A DNA stretch of 64,000 bases. Source: Eledone cirrhosa. Taxonomy: Eukaryota. Shown piece by piece: positions 41,890 through 55,339 of this stretch. The stretch lies in NCBI GenBank assembly GCA_964016885.1, contig OZ024743.1:145080001-145144000 (forward strand), given 5' to 3'. Under the pieces are notes generated by a model that made no database searches, was not told the DNA's origin, and saw only the letters and a program-made list of their open reading frames with translations. Made by a program: the position numbers and the translations under genes. Numbering within the stretch: position 1 is the first letter of the stretch; each line of letters begins with the position of its first letter.

Positions 41890-43718
41890 CACATCAGGCC
41901 AATAAATTATATTGATAAATCAATTAATTTAAATTGTACAATTATATTTTTGGTTATACAATAACTACTTAATTTTTTTTTTTAATTTAATTTTCAAAGC
42001 ATTATTTCTGACTGACATAATATAGACGGCGTGGTTGCTGATGATATACATTATATGAAACGATGTGGTAGTCTGGAAAAGATTAGGAAACACTGATCTA
42101 GAGTGTTCCAAATTTTAATTGTATATCAGGGGTGATATTTCTGAATGTATCCTTTCTATTATTTCAGACTGTAGTATGTGATTTGAGGGTGATTTGGTTG
42201 CTATTTCTAGCAAGTCAAGCGATGACATGGGGCTCTTTTTTGGCCTCCTATCAGTACTTTCTGATAAAGATATGAAGCGTTAAATTTTTAATTGGGTTGG
42301 GCATAGTCGACTGAATCACCCTTGTATATTTCTAGTGCTCACCTGAACGACTTCGGTAGGAGTCCGGGTGGAGGCTGGAATTAAAGAAAGGTTTCGAAAG
42401 GTGAGAGGAGAGCATGTGGCGTGCTGCTGAAGAAAAGCGATCTCGGTGGTAAAAGATCAACGTGACAACACGGATGATGCCTTCAAATGATGTATGTCAC
42501 TGCGGCTGAAATCTTCACTACATTGTAGGCCTCTAAAGTCTCAGCAGGTGTTGCTCTGTCGACAAGATCAAAGCAAACATCTCCTGGCGCAGATCCACGG
42601 TCTCGCGAATGAAATCAAATTTGCAGAATTTGAACGTTCAACGTAAATGGAGAAGACACAAGCAATAATTCAGTTCACTATTGCTTCAGCCTTCTCCACC
42701 AACCTACGAACATACATTTACAACATAAATGATTTTAACAGATTAGTCTCATTAAAAAGACTACTGGAACTTTCAATTCACATGTTAACAAGTTCGATGT
42801 CGGTGCTCTAATAATCAACGTTTACATTTACTCGTTTTAAAAAGTTATTAAATAAAAATATTGCCTTAGCAATGTATTTACTCATCAAACAGATAATTTG
42901 AATCTTGAGAAAGACAAAATATAAAAACTCAGACTTCTGTGTATATATATCACTATAGTAAGATATAATATAGCAATATATAATACTATATAATATAACA
43001 CACACACACACATACACAAAGTATGTTCTGTTTCGTGGAAAGTTTTAAACGCCAATAAATAATACATTGGAATAAGCAGTAGAAATGGAAGGAACAACAA
43101 TAATATAGGTAAATGGATTTAGTTAGTATGAACAAATAAGATCTAAGTATCGATTAAATACCGTATCTAAAACTTTTATTCGAGTAAAATAAATAGTTTA
43201 AAATGGAGGAAGAGTGAAAAACGCGATAATAGCGTGTAGAATTATAGTTTTAAAAAGGATAAATTATAAATAAAATATATCAGGCAACATAAAATAACGT
43301 TTATTTCTTTCTTTATGTAATCATTCAAAGAAAGAGGGAGATATAGAGAGAGTAAGCGAGAGGTCGAGGAAGAGGAAGAGATTGGCGATATGAAATTTGT
43401 TCGATGTTTAAGAAAAACATCATATAATTTAAGGCGTTTTAACGCTGAAATCTGTTAATTAGCTCTCTACTTGCTAGCTGAAAATATTTATAGAGGTAAA
43501 TTTGCTGTGGTACATTCAGCCAATCAACAACCAGAAAAGCTTAACTTCATGAAACCCGGAGTTAAGTGGGTAGAATATAATAATGGTTATCATTCGAGAC
43601 TGGATTAATCTCTCGACCATTTTATTTATTAATGATCGATTTAGATTGGAACAAATTATATACATACATACATGCGTACATATATACATAGATAAATACA
43701 TACACACACACCCTCTCT

Positions 43719-43780
<62 letters not shown>

Positions 43781-44179
43781 TATATACAAAATTGCGTGTA
43801 TGTAAAAGTTTGTGTTTGTACAATGTGTCTATATTCAGCGCGCGCGCGCGCGTGTGTGTGTGAGCTACGCACATGGACGCAGATTCACATCAAAATATAG
43901 TTTGGAATAACATAACATACCTTGTCTTAGAAAACTGTCTCTGCATACTAATGAAACCCTTTTCCCAGTCATGCCATTGGCTTTTAGCTAATCCGCCTAG
44001 TATTCATATACCACCCATTCACAATTCAACTACACATCTTCATGATACATTCTTGCTGCCAAATCCAGAACTCTATAATTGGATCAGTGTGATTTAGTAC
44101 AACAGTTTACTCTGCAACCCTTGCTAGTGTTGCTGTTCCGGATCAGAACAGACCTGAGAGTAGTGTCAGCTAAAAGGTA

Positions 44180-44739
44180 ACTCCTAATCCTCTGAGATTT
44201 TTCAATCCAAGAATCTGACACCAAATGCAGTTTAAAGTGGAATTGATCATATACAAGAAAAATACCAGGTATATGACAAACTGTAACACACAGGAAGAGA
44301 TAAGTATAGAAGACACAGTAATAGAGAAAGTATATAATTACAAATATTTAGATCAGATAACCAAATTCAGTCGAAGTATTGCGAACAAGAATAATGACGG
44401 TATGGAATTGTTAGAGAACGTAGTGTAATCTAATTTGCAACAAAACATACATTTCAGCAAAAAGAGAAGAGAAGGGAGTGCAGGACATTTAGTTAGAACA
44501 AAAGACAATAGAAGGATGAAAAGAACCACAGAGTGGATTCCACAAGATGGGCAGAGAATATGGAGGGACAGCATCGAAGAATCAGGGAAGGTATAAGGCC
44601 AGTTTGGAGAATGGTAGCAGACAAGATGGTTGGATAACATCCATGAGCTTGGCTGGTCATGCTTGGGGATCCAGCCAGGAAGAAGAAGCAGAAGAAGAAG
44701 AAGAAGAAGAAGAAGAAGAAGAAGAAGAAGAAGAAGAAG

Positions 44740-44769
<30 letters not shown>
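44180..44769 (+). mobile_element. Degraded RTE 3' fragment with (GAA)n tail
   Basis: IEKVYNYKYLDQ, AGHLVRTKDNR..TTEWIP. Confidence 0.8.
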
Positions 44770-44770
<1 letters not shown>

Positions 44771-44829
44771 TTTAATTAAAAAATACTATAAAGTGTAAAC
44801 AATATTACGCTTGAATTATATGCCAATCT

Positions 44830-45235
44830 TTCAGCGACGAAGGATCTCATATGAAGCGTTAGCCTACGCATATGATGTGGGACATATATTTTCAAAAGCT
44901 GGCATTGTATTCGACAAGAAGAGTTTTGTCATCAGTAAAATCTGTATTACATATAAGAGTTGGTGTCAATGTAAAGCCGAATCCTTGTTCATTAACAATG
45001 ACTTCTTTCATGGCATAGTCCAGAGCGATTATGAAGAGATATGGTACCAATGTGTTACTTTCAAAGAACTCGGTATCACCATCAGGAGAGAGAACTTGAG
45101 CTACTGTGTTTATGTAGAGTACATTTATAGCTGAAACTATGGCATCAGGTATGTCATATGCAACTAGGATTGACATAATCTTTTTTCTATGGATGGAATC
45201 AAAAGCCTTTTTGAAGTCAACAGATTATCTCTACC
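44830..45235 (-). mobile_element. RTE RT fragment
   Basis: VDFKKAFDSIHR..LSPDGDTEFF..PYLFIIALDY. Confidence 0.85.
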
Positions 45236-46490
45236 TGTTTTGTTAGGTCCCATCAATTGAAGCTAACAACCTTAAAATACCGAAGCCGTAATGATTTCCA
45301 GAAGTTGACTGAGGAGATGGGTATGTCTGTTTTCCCTTCTCTTTTCCATTGTCTTTGTCCTATGTGCGAGGCGGCCGGTGCGTGAGCTCCCGTTTGTACA
45401 TAATAGTGAGAGATGAGTAGCAGATTTATAAGAGCTATTGAGACCTTATTCAAACCCGTTGACACTGAGCCTGCATATGATGTTTCGTGAGATTAGATTT
45501 TAGTAAACAATTAGGGGTTAAATTTCATGAAAGGTATATTGTTATTTAATGTTGTTGTCTGGGGTCAGCGAAAAATAAGCAGATATATATGATAAAAAAA
45601 CACTCCTGCCATGACCATTTGGCGTTTTTTTTTTAAGGAAACAATCGACAAGATCGCAGACATCATTCGCTTATCGAGTAGAGTAGAACTCGTCAAATCT
45701 GACCAAAGAAATAATGTTACCATTACTCTTTCCATTGCTGATTTCTCCTTATGTCCAGAAGTTGTTTTAAAAACGTAGGTGGGGCCGTTAATTTACGGAA
45801 AGTATATCTAGCATTGGTGGTATCGAATCTTCTGAAAGGAAAATAAATAAATAAAAGAAGATGAGAGGAGGAGGACATGTAAATGTTTATAGTGAGATGG
45901 ATAGGAAGCAAACTGATTACATATAAATGAGTTTCCATAAAACCGAGAAGTGATGGGGTTGGGGGAAAATAAAGTGGAACTGAAAACTTTGGAGTAGATT
46001 AACTGACACGAGGTAGACTGTGCATATATATATAACAGACTGTTATAACATGTAGAGACTGGCTTATTGATTGTAATAGAGTAATCAATTACATCATTAA
46101 TTCACGAAGTTGTCCAGTTGATGAGGTTCTGTATTAATTGCCTACTTATATATGAGAATGACTATTATACGCAATTATTTACTGAGCAATACTGTGGACT
46201 GGTTCACGGAATTGGCATCGACAGGAGCAGATGTGTCAGTGTGCATTTTTCATATGAATGTCTGCATGTATGTATTTATGTAGTGTCGATATGGTATCAT
46301 ATATAATTCTGTTAGTCTCTCTCTCTACATATATATATATATCGGAAGTTGTTTTTCGTTAATTCCTAAGCCGAAATACGATTCTCGCTAATTTATATTT
46401 ATATAAATATATATATATGGATATAATATATATATATATATATATATATAGTAATAATAATAAAATTGAAGACTAAAATCCAAATATATG

Positions 46491-46528
<38 letters not shown>

Positions 46529-46690
46529 TATATATTAACAAATGGAAACTATATTTATAAAACCATATTTATTTCATTATACATGTTTCAATATATATAT
46601 TGTATATTTACTCCAATAATTTGTTGAGTGCTTTATAACAGTTATAAAAATATTTTGCTTGTTGTATCCCAACAAATTAAATATAACCTC

Positions 46691-46754
<64 letters not shown>

Positions 46755-46769
46755 TATATATATATATGG

Positions 46770-46887
<118 letters not shown>

Positions 46888-46992
46888 TATATTAATAATA
46901 GTAAATTTGAAGACTAAAATCCAAAGAGAGCTCGATTAGGAAAAATATATATAAAATATATAAGAACCCTAGAGCAAATATATATATATATA

Positions 46993-47171
46993 TATAATTG
47001 AATAAACAAAAGAGATGAACACTAATATAAACATACATGTGTTCGAATCGTAAGGACCACATTTGCTAGGGTGAAAAAATACTAACTACAGCAATATCAT
47101 TTGTTATCCTTAACTTTAAATATTAAATTAAGAAAAATTAGTGTTCATCTTTCTTGTTTATTCAATTATAT
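46993..47171. repeat. Inverted repeat at the 3' end of the neighbouring PLE
   Basis: ataattgaataaacaa..agatgaacactaat / attagtgttcatct..ttgtttattcaattat; abuts (TA)n. Confidence 0.75.
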
Positions 47172-50100
47172 TGTATGTGTGTGTGTGTTATTATACGCCC
47201 ATACGAACCTAAGAAGAAATGTGTGTGTATATGTGAGTAAACGAATGAGTGTGCATGTAAGTACGAAGCTATGAGCAAAAGTATGTTAATATAAGGGTGT
47301 GTATGTGTGTATACAGAGCAGTGAAGGGAAAAGTGGTGTGAGCATATATAGTCAGCCTGTATTAGTTGTAAGAGAAGATGTTAATGATCAAGAGAAAGCG
47401 ATAGGAATCTAGGGGTGTGGTAATGGACGGGGTATTAGAGAAATTGGGGAGGTGAGTTGAGTCCAAGAGGGGAATAGGACCCAAGGCAGTGAATCAGACT
47501 TTGTTCAGTCCTGGTGCGCGAAGCCTGTGATCCATGATGTAAAAGGATACACAGGACTGAAATAAGTAGGGAAGAATGACTAGGAGAACAGAAATGACGG
47601 GCGACAGGAGTATCCAAACTAAGTCGTATGTCTCTCAAATGTTGGGCAAAACGGTCCGCCATACGGCGTCCTGTTTGTTCGGTGTATAAAGACCCGCAAA
47701 GGGAACACCGGAGGGCATAGACAACGTGGGTGGATGTGCAGGTGAAGGAATGACGGATACGGAAAGACCCGTTAGGGCCTGTAAGAGTGGTGAGGGTGGG
47801 AATAAAGGGACAAGTGTTGCAGTGGAAACGGGAACAAGGATGAAAGCCAGGTGGAGTCGTGGGAGAGTACGAAAAGGAACTGCGAACCAGGAGGTCGCGG
47901 AGGTTGCGGGCGCGCTTAAAAGCAGTAATGGGTGGGTTTGGAAAAAAGCGAGAAGCGACGGGGTCAGAAGAGATAATACGGAAGGAACGGTGGATATGTC
48001 GCCGGAGTGGTAGGGTGATGGGGTGGTAGGTGAGAGGAAAAGGAAAACGGGTGTTGGGAGGGCAGGTGTGTGGTGGGAGGGCTGTGGTGCGGTCTGTTTC
48101 ATGGGTGCGAGTGAGAGCAGCTTGGATCTGATGGGGGGGGGGGGGGGGTATCCACGCTGGATGAAACAGGAAGCCATGCGAAGGGAATGGCTACAGAGTC
48201 GACGAAGACCGAGGAATTGGGAATAGGGTATGGAGTGTTTGGTGTGGGTTTGATGGGAGGAGGTGAAGTCGAGGTAAGATTGGGAGTCTGTTGGTTTAAT
48301 GAAAATGGAAGTAGAGAGGGTGTGGTGGGAGTGATTAATAGATAGAGAGATATCTAGAAAAGCGACAGAAGAATCGGAGACGGAGGCGGTGAAATTGAGA
48401 GCAGGATGGAAAGATTGGACAAAAGAAAGAAAACAGTGGAGCTGTTCTCGTGATAGAGAGGTGGCGCCGATACAGTCGTCGATATAACGACCGTATAGCT
48501 CAAGAGTCGGTCCAGCGTACTGGGAGAAGATCTGGGCTTCGACGTAGCCAACAAACAAGTTGGCATAGTTTGGACCCATTCTGGTTCCCATCGGTACCCC
48601 AGAGACCTGCTGATAAAATTCACCCGAAAAAGAAAATCCATTGAGGGTGAGAACAAGCTCAGCCAGACGGAGAAGAGTGGTAGTGCTGGGGTAAGGTGTA
48701 GGGCGTAAATCTAAAAAATGCTGGAGAGCGCGGAGGCCGTCATCATGAGGGATGACGGTATAGAGAGAAGTAATGTCCAGGGTAAAGAGAAGGCGGGAGG
48801 GACCAGGAGGGAATGAGAAAGAGTTGAAGAGTCTAAGGGCATGAATTGTATCGTGGATGTGGGAGGGGAGATTGCCGACCAACGGGACGAGGATAGTGTC
48901 TAAATATTCAGAAATTATCTCGGTGGGGCAGTTGCACGCAGAAACGATAGGACGGCCGGGATTATTTTGTTTGTGTATTTTGAGGAGGAAGTAGATGGTG
49001 GGTGTGCTAAGGGTGCGTACAATAAGGTTGGTGGCTGTGGGGGTTAGGTGAGAGGAGCAGATTAGCTCGTGGATGGTGGGGGACACGAGTTGTTGGTAGC
49101 CAGGAGTGGGGTCGGAGGATAAAGGGCGGTAAAAAAGGGTATTGTGAACCTGGCGGAGATCCTCAGCCCTATAGAGGTCAGCGCTCCAAACCACCACAGC
49201 GTCACCTTTTCTCAGCGGGTTTGATGACAATGTCATCGCGACGCTGAAGTTTGCGAAGAGCGGAGAGCTCAGTCCGCGTGATGTTAGAACGACGAGAATG
49301 CTGGTGGAAACGGAACTGATTCACAGTACGCCGGCAAATATCGACAAAGGAGTCGAGGGTGCTGAACTGGTCATAGCTCGGCGTCCAATGTGATTGCAGG
49401 CGACGGAGACGAGTGAAGTCATCCTTCTGTGTCGATGATGGCGTGTCGTGAAAAAAGCTTACAGCTTTAATCGACGGAAGAACCCTTCAATCTTGGCACG
49501 TGTGCGGAACTCGTCGCAGGTAGATGTGGTTGGTATAAAACGCAAACCACGGGATAGGAGAGAGCGCTCAGCTTCGGAGAGTGGTAGGTGCTGGGGTATG
49601 GTGACTACAGTGCAGGGATATGAGGGAGTGAAAGAGGCCTAGGCTGAGGGATCAAGGTGGTTGGGCATAGCGTGTGCAGATTCAGTGGTGGGGAGAGGAA
49701 AGGGGATGGTAGGTGGCGGGATAGAAGGGTTAGGGTTGGAGGTGATATGAATATAGGTGGTGACAGCAGACGGGGAGCGGAGAGAGTCGAGTTTGTGGTT
49801 TTTTACGGAAGTGAGGATGAATTGGATAAGGGATTGGGCGAGGAAAGGGTGGCAAGTGGAGGAGAGATGGAAGTAGGCCTTGGGGAGATCTCGATCGAGA
49901 AAACGGATTTGGGCGAGAGTTGATCGAATGGTCGCCCGCATGAGCTGGTGAGAGGAGTGGGTAAGGATGGGCTCAGTGCCTGGGGCAGAGTAAGTGGTGG
50001 GGTGAAACTTGAGGCGGAAACCGCGGGGAATGAGGTGGTGGTGGTGGTGGTGGTGGTGGAGACAGTGACTTAAAAATGTGATGTGACTGTTGTATCGTGT

Positions 50101-50447
50101 TTTGGTGAAGATGAGGTTGGAGAGATGCAGGGAGCATTGGATGCATATAGGGGGGGGGGGTTGGAGGAAGCGCTTGAGAGTAGAACGGAGCTGGTGGAGA
50201 AAAGATTTGAGATTGGGCATATTGAAAGTACTAGGGTGGGAGTGAAAAATAGACGGGTGAGAAGAAGAAGGTGGTGTAAGTAGATTGTAGTAGAGGAAAA
50301 GTGGTAGAGAGTCGTGGAATATTTAAATGCAAGAAGCAAAGAAAATTTCAATGATACAAAAGATTTCTTGGTGGAAGTTCAGGTGTACTTCAGGGTGAAA
50401 AATCCAATTAGAAAATCCAACGAATTTTGAGAGGTCCACGTAAGCGT

Positions 50448-50450
<3 letters not shown>
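47172..50450 (-). mobile_element. Near full-length PLE (Neptune-like), few disruptions
   Basis: ORF 50220-47435: KGDAVVVW, PGRPIVS, LDITSLYT, GVPMGTRMGP, RYIDD, FLDI, Cys finger, GIY-YIG (VVYALRC..RFAQHLRDI). Confidence 0.93.
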
Positions 50451-50545
<95 letters not shown>

Positions 50546-50626
50546 GGTAAACAGAAATAACAACACAATCGGTACAGTATTTGGAAGGGATATATTAGGT
50601 TAACGCTTGATATAGCAGGAAGAGGG

Positions 50627-50662
50627 TCTTAACGTTTCGGACGCTAGTCCTTCATCAGAAGA
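50627..50662 (-). ncRNA. Minimal hammerhead ribozyme
   Basis: tctt-CTGATGA-aggactagcgtcc-GAAA-cgtt-aaga; palindromic AACGTT; same strand as the PLE ORF and upstream of it. Confidence 0.8.
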
Positions 50663-50845
50663 AAGAATGAGAAATAAGATAGAATGAGGGGACGGGTGGG
50701 ATGGAATTGGAAAAAAATGTCTTTAGATAAAAATAACAGGTCCATTCATGATGACATCTCTTGCAAAACTGTTGGTGCTGGCGTTTTGTGTATGATTTAT
50801 TTTTTAGAAAACTGTATATATATATAGTAGAATAATCGAGTATCG

Positions 50846-50905
<60 letters not shown>

Positions 50906-50916
50906 ATATATGTATA

Positions 50917-51104
<188 letters not shown>

Positions 51105-51116
51105 ATGCAATATATT

Positions 51117-51159
51117 AGGAGCAATATATCAAAATAAATTATTTTGATATATTGCTCCT
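51117..51159. repeat. Perfect 21-bp-arm palindrome beside (TA)n
   Basis: aggagcaatatatcaaaataa-a-ttattttgatatattgctcct. Confidence 0.9.
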
Positions 51160-51552
51160 CATAACAGTCTTCTTGCTCTCTGTTTAGTAGAGCACCCTTA
51201 TTTGAGTGGTTTTTGGCTGCGATTTCTAGCCGCTCATCCTACGCAGGGCACTAGTTTACTGTCTCTTGCACACATTCCTTTCTCTCCACCACGTGCTGCA
51301 AGGCGGTTATCTTAAGTTTTTCTTGGAGTTGTCTGGAAATGTATTCACTTAACACACGCTGATGAACCTGGGTGTTTCATTCCATTCATCAATCTTTTGG
51401 CGAAACAAATCTCTTTGGGTTTGTACGTGTGTTATATATAGTTATAAAGGTGGGTAAATTCATTCTGATTTATATTTTTAATTATTATGCGTCTACCGCA
51501 CTTTTCGTAGTTTATAGATTCCACACACTGGTGGTTTTCCCTGTACATTGAT

Positions 51553-51675
<123 letters not shown>

Positions 51676-51688
51676 TTATCTTTTCTAC

Positions 51689-51751
<63 letters not shown>

Positions 51752-51754
<3 letters not shown>

Positions 51755-51865
51755 TTGTAATATAATGAAACGAAATTTCATTTCTCACTCTTAGTACGGC
51801 ACTTACTTAAATGTAAGTATGTATGTATACGTACATACATATATGTATACAGACGTACAGTAGTA

Positions 51866-51938
<73 letters not shown>

Positions 51939-52250
51939 CGGTACGCCTGGCCGACTGAACTCACTCGATATGCAAATTAGGCTGCTCAGCCGTTAATTTT
52001 CATAAGGAAAGTATATACTTTCAAACGTTCAACTATCTGGCAGAAGGGTAAACGGTGCTGATGATAGCTAACAAGCTTGAAACTACTACATCGTTCCTGT
52101 GTCAGTGTTGAACAAAAAGGTGACGTGGTTGCCTTAACACCGTACGGCATAAGTTCAGGCTATCCGCTTGTTTACAAACGGACAAAGTGGGCGTTATAAT
52201 AAACGTCCGCTAAGCTGATACGTACATATATGTATGTGTACATGTATGTA

Positions 52251-52324
<74 letters not shown>

Positions 52325-52381
52325 TACTACTGTACGTCTGTATACATATATGTATGTACGTATACATACATACTTACATTT
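51752..52381 (+). mobile_element. Second copy of the 1-435 element with an inverted 3' end upstream
   Basis: Inverted piece 51752-51870, (TA)n, forward copy to 52381; HHR at 52052-52094 with stem III ctag changed to ctac. Confidence 0.8.
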
Positions 52382-52416
52382 ATATATATACTGTTTCACT
52401 TGTCCATCCCTATTTA

Positions 52417-52486
52417 TTTTATTATTGGTATTTCGAAACGTATGACTTCGTATAACATCTGCCCTATGTGTTCTCATCAGATAAAA
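52417..52486 (-). ncRNA. Type I hammerhead ribozyme
   Basis: ttttat-CTGATGA-gaac..gtttc-GAAA-taccaa-TA-ataaaa. Confidence 0.75.
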
Positions 52487-53144
52487 GTCCACAAAGGGAT
52501 GTAAATATCCGTTGATATGCCGCCGATCACACGAGTTATTCACTTTAGCGATCGGCACGCATATGCCCGGAAATTTTTCAAGCTGTAGTTGTTTCATTTG
52601 GTGTTGCTGTTTGTGAAATGGTATGTATGAACTGTTAGTCTATTTTTTTCTTATGCTAGATTCAATCCACTTAGATACTATTTCTAATTTTAGATATTTA
52701 TACTTAGATGCTAAAGTTATAACGTTTCTATATATTAATTAATATTAAATTATTAAATTACTTATTTCGTTGTTATTTAGCGTTATTTAAGATTTAACTA
52801 AAAACTCTATGAAACGTCTTGCTAATTTTGTGTAAACAAGAATTTAAAATTTCTGAGCCTTTATTTATAATTTTATACCTACTATTTATGATGTGGAGCG
52901 TTTCTGTGGTACAGAGGTCCCACCCCTTAGATATAGATCCATTTATGTATGGAAAGGTGTGTCTGAGTTTTTGCCAAGAAAGGGAGTATTCAACTTGATT
53001 ACTTTTAAGCGACCAAATTAGTTCCGACAGGGCCGTGCTGGATCTTTTATCAGCTCTTTTAAATGAATGGCGATGGTTGTACCACCTTTCCTTAAATCTA
53101 GAGTAAGTTGCACCTCGCTTTCTTGTTTATTACGATATATTATT

Positions 53145-53312
53145 GCTAGAGGACCGGACGCCAGGCTTTGACGCACAGAGTTACGGCCCTTGCCATTCTG
53201 AGTTGAAATCCTGCCGAGGTTAACTTTGCTTTCATCCTTACTGGGTCGATAAAATAAAGTACCAGTAATGCACTGGGTATTTGCGGGCCTTGTGCCAAAA
53301 GTAGAAACAATT
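53145..53312 (+). mobile_element. SINE family A
   Basis: Same core and tail as the other copies. Confidence 0.85.
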
Positions 53313-53316
53313 ATTG

Positions 53317-53384
<68 letters not shown>

Positions 53385-53537
53385 TCAAGTTATCAATAAT
53401 GTAGTGATAATATATCGTCACGTTAGAGATGAACAGCGTACGTGTAGGTTTGCTCAACGAGTATGAATTATATTCCGGAGAAAATGTAGAAAAGATGAAT
53501 ATAAAATGAAAGTGCTTTTATAAAGGAATTTATTAGG

Positions 53538-53655
53538 TATTGACATATGTTTCTGTAACAGACGGAATACCTATGTATCGCTGCTTGCGTAATCATATAA
53601 TGTTAGCAAGTATTCGATAGCAAATGTATAATCAGTTGTCACTTCTCCAGATATA
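53538..53655 (-). ncRNA. Degenerate HHR in a PLE 3' region
   Basis: CTGGAGA, long stem II closed by gtgaca/tgttac, GAAA-catatg-TC; core substitution and weak stem I. Confidence 0.45.
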
Positions 53656-54129
53656 TTGGATAAATTGGAAAAAATCAGAAAAATTGAAGTATTTATATTA
53701 GTTGTAAGAAAGGAAGAAGAGAGGGGGTAGTATATGACAGATGGCAATTCAATTTACTGGTAAACAAGTATATAGAAGGTTTTTAATGAGAATCCAATGA
53801 GTATATGGCTTATTTTATCTAAATAAGAATTTTGGGGAGTGCCTATTTTAATCTATATTTGACCAATTGAACAATGGACAGGGCTGGTCGTTTGGTGTAG
53901 TAGTATTAATACAGATATAAAGTGTCAATTAAGGAAGAGGGAGATTTTCACTGCTACTGTATAACAACAATGCAGGTAGCCTACTGGTACATGCATTAGG
54001 GAATTGAATTAAGAAATCTCATTTTATCTATAGCAGTTTATATTAAATGGTAAAGAATAGAAGAGTTGATAGAATTAAGACTAATAGAGAATGTTAATAT
54101 GTATTTTGACAATCAAACGGAGATGGAGA

Positions 54130-54945
54130 CAGGCGTTCAATCCTGGTAGCATTTGTAATATGAAAATGTAGATTTCAAGCGATGGTTACAGTATAACGAT
54201 CGCACTATTCTATTATTTAATAAATATTTTTGGATTTCATAATACAAAATAATTCCATATTACACAATTTACAAAATTCCTGTCCTTGGAAATATGCAGG
54301 GGCAGATACTATTATATCCCATTTTAGGTTAAATTGTTGGTTATTTTTGCGCAGCTGCCAAGCCTTGTCTGCGAGTGTTGTTACATAACGCTGGTTTTCA
54401 TGTTTTATCGAGTAACGATGTCTGTAAAGGCGAGATTTGAAGGAGGTAGCTGTAGACCCCACATAGTTCCACTTCTGGCTACCCGATTCGATAGTACATT
54501 TGTATATGATGTTGCGTTCAAGACACTGATTGTTCAACGGACACATTCCTGGTTGGACACAGTTACAGCAACCTCATCAACCTATCCATGCTAATACAAC
54601 AACGCAAAATTATAATTGTCTTTTCATATATGAGTGAAGTTTGGTTGGTTGGTGCAGTCACGTGAATAAGCACATCAGCTTTCGAGCCAGTTTGTGTTTG
54701 AATTTCTTTTTACTTAAAAAAGTGGCTCACGAAGGCTTTTTTTATAAATGTAATTTGATTGGTTATAAATGAAATTATGACTGTCACGTGAACAAGTACA
54801 TTAAATTTCGCGCCCGTATTTTGGAATTTCTTCTGTAGCCATTTAGAGAATTTTGTGCCAAACAAAAGATAATGGTCAATAAAAACGGGATGGGGAGAAT
54901 TGTTCTGGTTCAGTGAATATGGCTGGTGTGCTTGAAGTATCAAAA
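54130..54945 (-). mobile_element. PLE (Naiad-like) GIY-YIG fragment
   Basis: CNCVQPGMCPLNNQCL, IIYKC..YVGST..FKSR..H, CKLCNME. Confidence 0.85.
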
Positions 54946-55339
54946 TTCAGACTTTCTATTGAAATAAAGAAAGTGGAGATATGTATGTTTATTTGTGTGC
55001 TGGTGTGCTGGTGTGTGTGTGTGGGGGGGGGGAGATGATTCTATTAGTAGAAATAGGGGAGGGAGTTGTGTGTGTGTATGGGTGTTATATGTGTGTGTGG
55101 GGGTATGGTTAGCATGTTAAGATGGAGAGAATATATATATTTGTGTGTGTGTGTGTGTGTGTGTGTGTAGGAAAATGATTCCGATAGTAGAAATGGGGGA
55201 GGGAGTTATGTGTTAAGGTGTTAGAGCATTAACGTATGTTAAGGTTTATTTAGCTCTGGTTTTTATTTTCGAAAATAGGTGTTATGTGTGTGTGTATGTA
55301 TGTGTCTGTTTGGATGGTTAGCATGTTATGGTGTTGACA

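Noticed and set aside
42030-42075. CTGATGA-tatacattatat-GAAA-cgatg
   Set aside because: The cleavage triplet would be GUG and stem I does not pair; likely a chance match next to a hAT-like end.
51355-51420. CTGATGA..GAAA candidate hammerhead
   Set aside because: No convincing stem I, II or III.
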